The notes beneath the pieces are model-generated. The model was not told where the DNA came from. It worked only from the letters and a program-made list of their open reading frames with translations, and made no database searches. DNA of 64,000 bases from Armatimonadota bacterium. Its GTDB lineage: Bacteria; Armatimonadota; Zipacnadia; Zipacnadales; UBA5352. Shown piece by piece: positions 1 through 8,112 of the stretch (its first letter is position 1; each line of letters begins with the position of its first letter). Location of the stretch: contig JAYENL010000242.1 of assembly GCA_034722055.1 (NCBI GenBank), positions 64,001 through 128,000 of the forward strand, read 5' to 3'. Both the position numbers and the translations under genes were made by a program.

Positions 1-1784
1 CGCAGCCGATCCGGAGCCACCAGGGAGCCGGACTGTCTGACGTGCTCCCCGATCTCCTGGCGCAGGGCCGCGTGCAAGAGGTGCGTGGCGGTGTGATGGC
101 GCCGGACGGCGTCGCGGCGCTGTTCATCGACGGTGGCGGTGACCTTCGCGGGGACCTCAACCGAGCCCTGAACCACCCGACCGACGTGAAGGACGTGTTC
201 ACCGCGCTGCCGCGTATCCGTGACTTTGAAGCGGAAGGCGTCGCCGACGATGACCCCCGTGTCGCCGACCTGTCCGCCCCGTTCGGCGTAGAATGGCGTG
301 GCCTCGAGAACCAGCGCCCCCTCCTCGTCGCGATCCAGTCTTGGCACGAACTCCCCGTCCACGAAGATGTCGAGGAGGTTGACTCGCGCGCTGGTCGTCT
401 CGAACCCGATGAACTCGGTGGGCGGCACCTCCCATGTCACCGTGACATTGTGCAGCGCCAGTCCCTTCGCACCCGCCCGGGAGCGCTCTCGCTGGCGGGC
501 CATGGCCTCCTCGAAGCCCTCCTCGTCCACGGTCATCCCGTGGTCCTTCGCGACCTCAACGGTCATCTCACGCGGCAGGCCGAAGGTGTCGTAGAGCCGG
601 AAGGCCTCCTCGCCGGGGATCTCCGTGGCGCCCTTCTCCCGCAGCAGCTCGATCAGCCCCCGGATGCGCTCCATGCCCTCGGCGAGGGTGGTGGCGAACT
701 GCTCCTCCTCGGCGCGCACCACGCCCACGCCGAACTCCTCCCGCTCGTGCAGCTCCGGGTATGCCTCGCCCATGACCTCAGCGACGGTGGGCAGGAGCCG
801 GTGCATGAAGGGCCCGTCGGCCCCGATGTCCAGGCCGAAGCGGTAGGCCCGGCGCAGGAACCGCCGCAGGACGTAGCCGGCGCCCTCGTTGCTGGGCGCC
901 ACGCCGTCGGCGGTGAGCATTGCCGCACCGCGAGCGTGATCGCAGATCACGCGCAGGGCCACGTCGGTGTCAGGGTCCTGACCGTAGCTGAGATCCACGC
1001 CCCAGTCCTGGCGGCCGATCTCGACCGTCCGCTGCACGATCCGCCACATCTCGTCGGTCTCGGTGCTGAAGGGCTTGTCCTGCAGGATCATGGCCAGGCG
1101 CTCGAAGCCCATGCCGGTGTCCACGCCCGGCTCGGGCAGCTCCGTAAGCGTCCCGTCCGGGGCCTCGGTGTACATCTGGAAGACCAGGTTCCACAGCTCG
1201 ACGAAGCGGTCGCAGTCACAGGCCGGTCCGCAGTCGGGCCGCCCGCAGCCCACGCCGGGGCCGTTGTCGAGGTGGATCTCGGTGCAGGGCCCGCAGGGCC
1301 CCTCCCACCGCTCCTCCGGCCACCAGTTCTCACTCCGGCCCAGCCGCACAATCCGCTCCATGGGCACCCCGATGCGCTGGTTCCAGATCTCCTCGGACTC
1401 GTCGTCGTCAGCGAAGACCGTGATCCACAGGTCCTCGCTGGGGATGCCCAGCACGTCCACCACGTACTCCCAGGCGAAGTCGATGGCCCCCTGCTTGAAG
1501 TAGTCGCCGAACGAGAAGTTGCCGAGCATCTCGAAGAAGGTGTGATGCGTGGGCGAGCGCCCGACGCGCTCCAGGTCGCCCATGCGGGCGCACTTCTGGT
1601 TGCTGACCACCCGCGGCGCCGGCGGGCTCTCCTCGCCGCGGAAGGCCCTGATGTAGGGCTGCATGCCGGCGACGGTGAACAGCGTGGTGGGATCGGCGGT
1701 GACGAGGGGCGCCGAGGGCATGATGCGATGCCCTCGCTCCTCGAAGAACCCCAGGAAGCTGTCGCGGATCTCCTGACACTTCAT
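1..1784 (-). CDS. alaS: Alanine--tRNA ligase, 5' part (runs off the left edge of the window)
   Basis: Not in the ORF track because it has no stop in the window. Manual translation from ATG at 1784 gives MKCQEIRDSFLGFFEERGHRIMPSAPLVTADPTTLFTVAGMQPY...HHTFFEMLGNFSFGDYFK...DTGMGFER, the AlaRS signatures. GGGGAG SD upstream. Confidence 0.97.
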   Translation of the reverse strand, partial: MKCQEIRDSFLGFFEERGHRIMPSAPLVTADPTTLFTVAGMQPYIRAFRGEESPPAPRVVSNQKCARMGDLERVGRSPTHHTFFEMLGNFSFGDYFKQGAIDFAWEYVVDVLGIPSEDLWITVFADDDESEEIWNQRIGVPMERIVRLGRSENWWPEERWEGPCGPCTEIHLDNGPGVGCGRPDCGPACDCDRFVELWNLVFQMYTEAPDGTLTELPEPGVDTGMGFERLAMILQDKPFSTETDEMWRIVQRTVEIGRQDWGVDLSYGQDPDTDVALRVICDHARGAAMLTADGVAPSNEGAGYVLRRFLRRAYRFGLDIGADGPFMHRLLPTVAEVMGEAYPELHEREEFGVGVVRAEEEQFATTLAEGMERIRGLIELLREKGATEIPGEEAFRLYDTFGLPREMTVEVAKDHGMTVDEEGFEEAMARQRERSRAGAKGLALHNVTVTWEVPPTEFIGFETTSARVNLLDIFVDGEFVPRLDRDEEGALVLEATPFYAERGGQVGDTGVIVGDAFRFKVTDTRQRGEHVLHVGRVVQGSVEVPAKVTATVDEQRRDAVRRHHTATHLLHAALRQEIGEHVRQSGSLVAPDRL

Positions 1785-1815
1785 CGGCGGGAATCTCCCC
1801 TGCATGTGTAGGTCG

Positions 1816-1838
1816 AAAACCGCGGCCCGCAGGCCGCG
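1816..1838 (-). terminator. Possible weak intrinsic terminator between the sigma factor gene and alaS
   Basis: Minus strand CGCGGCC-TGCG-GGCCGCG hairpin followed by GTTTT; the U-tract is short. Confidence 0.35.
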
Positions 1839-1868
1839 CATGTTGTCGGTCGTGACCGTCAGCGGGCG

Positions 1869-2636
1869 CTACTGCTCGTCCCGGCTCTCGAAGATCTCCC
1901 GGAGCTGCTCGATGGCCCGGCGCTGCAGCCGCGACACGTGCATCTGCGAGATCCCGAGGCGGTCGGCCACCTGCTGCTGGGACAGCTCATGGAAGTAGCG
2001 CAGCACGACGATGATGCGCTGGCGGGGCGTGAGCTTGGCGAGCGCCCAGCGCAGCTCGTCGCGCCGGTCGAGCAGGTCAAGGTTCGGATCCATCTCCCCC
2101 GTGCGATCGGCCACCGAGAGCCCGCTGTCCTCGTCGGCCGTCTCCGGTCCGGTATCCTGCAGGCTCGTCAGGTCGTACTGCGCGGCCACCTCCACAGCCT
2201 CGATAACCGCCTCCTCGGGGACGCTCAGCGCCGACGCCAGTTCCGAGTATGTGGGTGACCGTGCCAGCTTGTGCGTCAGCTCCTCCCGGGCCTCGCGGAC
2301 CTGCAGGCTCAGCTCCTGAACCCGCCTGGGCACACGCAGCCCCCAGGTGGCGTCGCGGAAGAACCGGCGCAGCTCGCCGCGGATGGTGGGAACCGCAAAG
2401 GTGGCGAACTTCGTGCCCCGGTCGGGGTCATAACGGTCAACAGCGTTGACCAGTCCGATGTTTCCCACACTCAGCAGGTCGCCGTAGGGGACGCCCGAGT
2501 CCTTGTACTTGTTGGCTACGTGGCGCACCAGGCCCCTGTGGCGCTGGATGAGGTAGTCCCGCAGTTCGGGGTCGTCGGTCCTGCGGAGAATACGGAAGAG
2601 GTCCTGGGTGGAGAGATCGTCCCATCGGTCCCTCAT
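1869..2636 (-). CDS. SigB/SigF/SigG-family RNA polymerase sigma factor
   Basis: DLLSVGNIGLVNAVDRYDPDRGTKFATFAVPTIRGELRRFFRD (region 2) and SQQQVADRLGISQMHVSRL (region 4); directly downstream of rsbV/rsbW-like genes. Start moved to ATG 2636. Confidence 0.93.
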   Translation of the reverse strand: MRDRWDDLSTQDLFRILRRTDDPELRDYLIQRHRGLVRHVANKYKDSGVPYGDLLSVGNIGLVNAVDRYDPDRGTKFATFAVPTIRGELRRFFRDATWGLRVPRRVQELSLQVREAREELTHKLARSPTYSELASALSVPEEAVIEAVEVAAQYDLTSLQDTGPETADEDSGLSVADRTGEMDPNLDLLDRRDELRWALAKLTPRQRIIVVLRYFHELSQQQVADRLGISQMHVSRLQRRAIEQLREIFESRDEQ

Positions 2637-2640
2637 GGCC

Positions 2641-3081
2641 TCACCTGGCCGCGCGTTTGACCATGATGACCCGGGTGCCACTGCCGGGTGCGCTCTCCAC
2701 CGTCAGCGAGTCCGTAAGCTCCCTCATCAGCCCGAAGCCCAGCCCGCCCTCGCCCTCCAGACCGTTGCGCTGGGCGCGCTGCAGCGCCTCGGGGTCGAAG
2801 CCCACGCCCTCATCCTCCACCTCCACGGTCATTTCGCCCTTGCCGGTGCTCATCCGCAGGTTGATCATGCGGCGCTCCGGCGGCACGTTGTCGTCGAAGG
2901 CGTGGCTGATGACGTTGGTGCAGGCCTCGGCCACCGCCACCTTCAGATCGTCGATGTCGTCAACACTCAGGCCGGCACGCAGGCCCACGCCGCTGGTCGC
3001 CAGCCTGGCCACCAGCAGGTACTCCGGCTTGCTCGGCAGCACCAGCTCCACGGTGTTGGCGTCTCTGGCGCCCATACTCAC
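2641..3081 (-). CDS. rsbW: RsbW/SpoIIAB-type anti-sigma factor (HATPase_c_2 Ser kinase)
   Basis: DDLKVAVAEACTNVISHA...VEDEGVGFDP...GGLGFGLMRELTD. GTG 3081 overlaps the upstream stop; ATG 3075 is an alternative start. Confidence 0.88.
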   Translation of the reverse strand: MSMGARDANTVELVLPSKPEYLLVARLATSGVGLRAGLSVDDIDDLKVAVAEACTNVISHAFDDNVPPERRMINLRMSTGKGEMTVEVEDEGVGFDPEALQRAQRNGLEGEGGLGFGLMRELTDSLTVESAPGSGTRVIMVKRAAR

Positions 3082-3464
3082 GGTGCCTCCTCCCCGCCGG
3101 CGCCCTCCGAGCGCTCCTGCGCGAGCTCCTGCAGGCGCTCGCGGGCGGCCCCCACATCCTTCACGACGTTGAGGATCTCGTGCGTGCCGGAGATCTGGAA
3201 GATGCGCAGCAGGTTCTTGCGGTCGCAGGCCACGGCCACGTCGCCGCCGGCCTGCCGACACTTCTTGGCGGTCTCTATCAGGATCCCCAGGCCGGTGCTG
3301 TCGAGGTAGGTCAGCTCCGTCAGGTCCGCTACGATCCACCGCACGCCCTGGTCGAGCTGCTCGTCCAGGGCGTCGCGCAGGTCGGGAGCGGTGTAGGCGT
3401 CGAGCTCGCCGGTCACATGGCAGAGGGCGGTGTCCTCGTCCGTCCGCTCGGCAGTAATCCGCAA
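3078..3464 (-). CDS. rsbV: RsbV/SpoIIAA-type anti-sigma factor antagonist (STAS domain)
   Basis: GELDAYTAPDLR...DLTELTYLDSTGLG with the phospho-acceptor Ser. TTG start at 3464, 9 nt after GGGAGG. Confidence 0.9.
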   Translation of the reverse strand: MRITAERTDEDTALCHVTGELDAYTAPDLRDALDEQLDQGVRWIVADLTELTYLDSTGLGILIETAKKCRQAGGDVAVACDRKNLLRIFQISGTHEILNVVKDVGAARERLQELAQERSEGAGGEEAP

Positions 3465-3469
3465 CTCTT

Positions 3470-4846
3470 TCAGCCTCCCGCGTGCTCGTCGGTGTCCCCG
3501 GCATCCGGCCGCTGATCGGGCTCCGTCCCGTTCCCCATCAGCCCACGAAGCTCCTGGAGCCGCTCGGCGATGCGGCCCTCGCGGGGGTTCTCTCCCGGCT
3601 GGTAGTACCGCCTGGGCTCGGTCCCCGCCGGCCAGTAGCTCTGCCGCACCCACCCTCCGGCGTGGTCGTGCGGGTAGAGGTACTCCGCCTCCTCCGCATC
3701 CGCTCGCGGCCCGCCGGCGAGGTGAGCGGGGACCTTCATTCCGCCCTCCTGCCGCACATCCTCCCGGGCCTGCGCGATGGCCATGTATGCCGAGTTGCTC
3801 TTGGGCGCAACAGCGAGGTGAATGGTGGCCTCAGCTAACGGAATCTGGGCCTCCGGCAATCCGACGTATTCTACCGCATCGGCCGCCGCCACCGCAACCC
3901 GAAGCGACGTGGTGTCGGCCAGCCCGATGTCCTCCGCCGCCGCGATCACCAGCCGCCGGGCGATGAACCGCGGGTCCTCCCCGCCCTCCAGCATCTTGGC
4001 CAGCCAGTAGATGGCAGCATCCGGGTCCGAGCCGCGAATGCTCTTGATGTACGCCGAGATCGTGTCATAGTGCTCGTCGCCGGCCCGGTCGTACTTCATC
4101 ACCGGTCGGTCCAGCGCCCGCTGGGCCGTCTCCATGGTCACGCGCCGCACGCCGTCCTCATCCGGCGGGGTGCTCTGCACTGCCAGCTCCAGGGCGCCCA
4201 ACGCCACCCGGGCGTCTCCGCCGGCGGAGGCTGCGATGTGCTCCACGACCCCCTCGGTCGGCTCCGGGTTCTGGTCCGCCAGGCCACGCTCCTCGTCGCC
4301 CAGCGCCCGCCACAGCAGCACCTCCAGCTCCTCCGGCGCCAGCGGCTCCAGCGTCACCAGTCGGCAGCGCGACAGCAGCGGGCTGATGATGGAGAAGAAC
4401 GGGTTCTCGGTGGTGGCGCCGATGAGGGTGAAGGTGCCATCCTCCACGTGCGGCAGCAGGTAGTCCTGCTGGGCCTTGTTCAGGCGATGGACCTCGTCGA
4501 GGAAGAGCACGGTTCCCGCGTCGTGCAGCGCCCTTCGCTCCCGGGCGTCGGCGGCCGTGTCTCGGATGTCCTGCACGCCGGCCTCCACCGCCGAGAGCTG
4601 CACGAAGTGAGAGCTGGTGCGGCGGGCGATGATCCGCGCCAGGGTAGTCTTGCCGCTGCCGGCCGGACCCACCAGGATCATTGACGGCAGGCGGTCGGCC
4701 TCCAGCGCCCTCCGCAGCAGAGAGCCCTCTCGCAGCACCTCCTCCTGCCCCACCATCTCGTCGAGGTCGCGGGGTCGCATCCGCGCCGCCAGAGGCGCGC
4801 TGGGGTCTACCTGCTCGCCGCTGTCGAAGAGGCTCTCTGTCATCAT
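3470..4846 (-). CDS. rarA: Replication-associated recombination protein A (RarA/MgsA AAA+ ATPase)
   Basis: APLAARMRP, Walker A GPAGSGKTT, LFLDEVHRLNKAQQD, GATTENP, HYDTISAYIKSIRGSDPDAAIYWLA, YLYPHD. Confidence 0.96.
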   Translation of the reverse strand: MMTESLFDSGEQVDPSAPLAARMRPRDLDEMVGQEEVLREGSLLRRALEADRLPSMILVGPAGSGKTTLARIIARRTSSHFVQLSAVEAGVQDIRDTAADARERRALHDAGTVLFLDEVHRLNKAQQDYLLPHVEDGTFTLIGATTENPFFSIISPLLSRCRLVTLEPLAPEELEVLLWRALGDEERGLADQNPEPTEGVVEHIAASAGGDARVALGALELAVQSTPPDEDGVRRVTMETAQRALDRPVMKYDRAGDEHYDTISAYIKSIRGSDPDAAIYWLAKMLEGGEDPRFIARRLVIAAAEDIGLADTTSLRVAVAAADAVEYVGLPEAQIPLAEATIHLAVAPKSNSAYMAIAQAREDVRQEGGMKVPAHLAGGPRADAEEAEYLYPHDHAGGWVRQSYWPAGTEPRRYYQPGENPREGRIAERLQELRGLMGNGTEPDQRPDAGDTDEHAGG

Positions 4847-4911
4847 GGGCACCGCTGGCTTGGGGCGCTCGCTCCGGGAGGTGATGCAACCGGGCCGGGG
4901 AAAAGAAGAGC

Positions 4912-5120
4912 GGCGAGGACCCCGCAGTGACCGTTGGCCCGTGGGGTTGTGAACCCTGTCGGCAAGTGGGTGCCCTCCCGCCGGTTTTGTGTATCTCCAC
5001 GTGGAGGGGCGCAGCCCCTCAGGGCGGAGCGTCACGCTGCCGGCGAAGCCAGGCTCCCTCAAGATGGGTGTTGGCTCAAACCGAGTTGGGCTTCACGCAT
5101 CCCGCAGGGTAGCCCTCGCC
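4912..5120 (-). ncRNA. ssrS: 6S RNA
   Basis: The 5' end GGCGAGGG-CT-ACCCTGCGG pairs with the 3' end CTGCGGGGT-CCTCGCC. Internal TTTGAGCCAACAC...GGGAGC and GGCACCCAC..GGGTTCA segments resemble Firmicutes-type 6S RNAs. About 209 nt, with its own sigma-A promoter, a pyrimidine/U-rich tail and a position directly upstream of rarA. Confidence 0.85.
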
Positions 5121-5126
5121 ATGGGT

Positions 5127-5155
5127 ATGCTACCACAACGCCGGCCGCTCTTCAA
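5127..5155 (-). promoter_or_regulatory. sigma-A-type promoter of the 6S RNA
   Basis: TTGAAG-N17-TAGCAT; the predicted +1 coincides with the first base of the closing stem (about 5120). Confidence 0.75.
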
Positions 5156-5345
5156 GTGCCGAGAGCAGAATGCTGACAACAGTCACATCTGATGGTTACG
5201 CACGTGCAGGACTTGGCGTCTTGCGAGCAGTATCGCAATGATCCTGTGTAAGCCACACAGGGGCCTCTGCGGCTCTTCGCCGCCCGCACCTGGTGCTGAC
5301 GGTTGATGTTTGCCGGCCACCGCCGCGCCTTCGGGAGGAAGTGTG

Positions 5346-8108
5346 ATGGTGTCAGTGTGCCGACGCGCGGTCATCATTCCTGTGGTGGTTCTGGCCGCGT
5401 GCGGCGCGGACGCGGCCGCGATCGGGCCCATCAGGCCTCGGCCGGTCACCACCCTCTACCTGATGGCTGACGCCTCCGCGCCGCGCATTCGCGTGGCAAT
5501 CGAGGCCGAGGCCGACGCTGCTCCGCCGCGGGTGATGCTGCGCGCCTATGACCCCGATGATCGCCTCACCCTCTGGCGCTACGTGGAGTACGCCGGCGCC
5601 CAGACGGTCGCGAGCATTGAGGCGCCGGAGGGCGTGACGCTCCGGGCGAGGGAGGAGTGGGACGCCGAGCCCGCCACGGTGTTGGAGGAGGAGCTGGAGC
5701 TGGCCGCGCCCGGCGTGCACCAGGTCCGCGTGGTGGGGTGGACGCGAGGCCTGCAGGTGCGCGTCGAGCTGCCGGACTCGGTGGGGTGGGGGTGGTGCGC
5801 GCAGAACGGCGACTTCCTGGCCTGGGAGGGCATGCCGCAGGCGCTCTTCGCATGGGTCCCCCCGCACGCCGAGCAGCTCCGGCTGCAGGGAGGCCCCCTG
5901 GCGACCCGCGACGACGCCGGGGCGGCGCTGGCGGAGCTCCCCGAGCCCGGTGAGGCCACCATCCGCGTAGACCGAACCGAGCAGCTCTGGCGGTTCGAGC
6001 TCCCGGAGGGTGCCAGCTTCAGCGCCGCGGACTTCCCGCTCATCCTCTGCCCCACGCCGGAGGCCGCCCGCGCCATCCGCGGCTCGGTGGAGGTGCTCGA
6101 TGACGGCACCGTGGTCTGCCATCCCTTCCAGCGCCGCATCGCGGAGCTGCTGCCCGAGGTCCTCGCGCCCGAGAGGGTCGGCGACACCGATGGGATCGTC
6201 ACGCCCCTGGCGAGCCGCCGCGATGCCTGGCTGGCCGACCCCATGCGCAGCGCGATCCTGATGAGGAGCTTCCTGCCTGCCGTCGAGCAGTGGCTGCGCA
6301 GCCAGAACCTGGACGCGGACAGCCACTGGGGCGGCTCGCTGGCGGGCTGGGAGGAGAGGATCGACCAGCCGCCACCCGGCAACCGCTGGGATCGCCTGCG
6401 CGGCGTGGAGGGGCTCTACGCCGGCGCCTCGTCGAACTACGGCTCAGCCGCCCGCGACCTGGCGCTGGGCGCGCTGCACGAGGCGGCGACGAACCCCTAC
6501 GCCGGCCGCGAGGAGCTGCTGTGGCGGGCGGCCGCGGCGGCGCTGCGCGACCTGATGGTGGTGGCCGAGGACGAGACCTGGCCAGGGACCGCCGACCTCG
6601 ATCCCTACCCGGGCATGATGGCCTTCGCCCTGGGCGGCAAGACCCTCCCCGTCTACGGCCTGGTCGCGCCGCACATGCCCCAGCGCATCCGCGAGGTCTG
6701 GACCGAGGCAGTCCGGCGCCTCATCGACCGGGCCTACCCCGACGGGCTGGTGACCTGCCGCAACCAGTCGTCGCACTACCTGGTGGCCTTCCAGGCATTC
6801 GCGGACGGCTCAGGTGATCCGCTTTACCAGACGCTGGCGCGGCTCTACGCCCGCCGATGGGTCTCGGGGCAGGACCCGTCGGGCTATCATATGGAGGCCA
6901 TCGGCCCCGATGCCAGCTACATCGGCATGACGCACTGGCACGAGGCCGTCTACTATGAGATGAGCCGAGATCCGGTGGTGCTGGACTCGGTGCGCCGCTC
7001 CTACTCCCTGTTCAACCACACGGTCGGGCCCGAGCCGGATGGCAGGATGCTGGGCGGCTTCAACTTCAATCACCGGGTGGGCGAGGGCTTCTACTTCGAG
7101 CAGTGGAGCGGCGCCAAGGGCATCCTGCACGATGACCTCCCCGAGGTCGGCATGTGGAGCGACCCGCCGCCCACCGATGAGCAGATCGAGGAGGCGCGCC
7201 GGCGCGTGGCAGCCTTCCTCGATGACCCGCAGCCGCCGCCCTACCCCAAGCAGACCTCCTGGCGCTACCTGGCCTTCGCAGAGCCGGACCGCAGCGGGGT
7301 CTTTCCATGCCGGGAGGCGGAGCCCTTCTGGCGGGTGATCGACGACCAGTGGCTGTTCGTGAAGCGGCCTGGCTACTACACCTACTGCTACCTGGGGAAG
7401 CCGGCCGGGGAGTTCTACATCCGCACTAGGGCGAGCCTCCGCGAGCCCTACCCCGACGACGGCGAGAGCACCGGCGCCGAGTACCGCAGCGTGAAGAGCA
7501 TCACGCCCTTCGTGGGCGGGGGGCTGTCCGGGGTCTGGACACCCGACTACGGGCATTCGTTGATGGCCGCGAACTGGGCGCCGACCACGCATCACGGCCT
7601 GATCGCCACCGACGCCGAGGGGCTGCGCTGGTGGGAGGACTACCACGCGCACGAGCACTCGCTGGACGCCGACGCGGGTGAGGTGACCTTCACGGGCTGC
7701 ATCGAGGAGCAGCCGCTGACCTACGAGCGCCGCTACGTCTTCGGCGACGATGCAATCGAGGTGGAGGTGTCCGTGACGGCGGACGAGGACGTCCGCCTGG
7801 CAGGGCTGGTGGAATGCGTACCGCTGGCGCGCGGCGGGTGGAAGGCCCGCGGCGCCACCATCTCCGCCCGCGAGGCTACGGGCGGCCCCGCGCGGGCCGC
7901 GAGCTTCCGCGTCACGGACGAGATGGGCGCGGGCGTGGAGTTCGTCCTGGAGGACGAGCGCGACCTGCTGCTGGTGCCCGACGGGCTGCAGACCTCAGGC
8001 TGGCGGCAGCTTCAGATCGGCCGCGTCGAGATCAGCCTGCCCTCTGAGCTCGCTGCAGGCCAGAGCACCTCCCTGCGTTACGTGGTCCGTCCGATTGCCG
8101 CCGGCTGA
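5346..8108 (+). CDS. Large secreted hypothetical protein, possibly an (alpha/alpha)-toroid lyase/hydrolase with a C-terminal beta-sandwich
   Basis: About 920-aa ORF with GGGAGG SD and a signal-peptide-like N-terminus. Helical middle with NQSSHY and GYHME..PDASY motifs loosely like heparinase II/III-type enzymes; beta-rich C-terminus. Function is inference. Confidence 0.65.
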   Translation: MVSVCRRAVIIPVVVLAACGADAAAIGPIRPRPVTTLYLMADASAPRIRVAIEAEADAAPPRVMLRAYDPDDRLTLWRYVEYAGAQTVASIEAPEGVTLRAREEWDAEPATVLEEELELAAPGVHQVRVVGWTRGLQVRVELPDSVGWGWCAQNGDFLAWEGMPQALFAWVPPHAEQLRLQGGPLATRDDAGAALAELPEPGEATIRVDRTEQLWRFELPEGASFSAADFPLILCPTPEAARAIRGSVEVLDDGTVVCHPFQRRIAELLPEVLAPERVGDTDGIVTPLASRRDAWLADPMRSAILMRSFLPAVEQWLRSQNLDADSHWGGSLAGWEERIDQPPPGNRWDRLRGVEGLYAGASSNYGSAARDLALGALHEAATNPYAGREELLWRAAAAALRDLMVVAEDETWPGTADLDPYPGMMAFALGGKTLPVYGLVAPHMPQRIREVWTEAVRRLIDRAYPDGLVTCRNQSSHYLVAFQAFADGSGDPLYQTLARLYARRWVSGQDPSGYHMEAIGPDASYIGMTHWHEAVYYEMSRDPVVLDSVRRSYSLFNHTVGPEPDGRMLGGFNFNHRVGEGFYFEQWSGAKGILHDDLPEVGMWSDPPPTDEQIEEARRRVAAFLDDPQPPPYPKQTSWRYLAFAEPDRSGVFPCREAEPFWRVIDDQWLFVKRPGYYTYCYLGKPAGEFYIRTRASLREPYPDDGESTGAEYRSVKSITPFVGGGLSGVWTPDYGHSLMAANWAPTTHHGLIATDAEGLRWWEDYHAHEHSLDADAGEVTFTGCIEEQPLTYERRYVFGDDAIEVEVSVTADEDVRLAGLVECVPLARGGWKARGATISAREATGGPARAASFRVTDEMGAGVEFVLEDERDLLLVPDGLQTSGWRQLQIGRVEISLPSELAAGQSTSLRYVVRPIAAG

Positions 8109-8112
8109 GGCC

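Noticed and set aside
42..1811. 589-aa plus-strand ORF
   Set aside because: Antisense shadow of alaS, whose signature motifs are on the minus strand.
4847..5062. 72-aa N-terminal extension of RarA in the ORF track
   Set aside because: Runs through the 6S RNA; RarA homology begins at MMTESLF.
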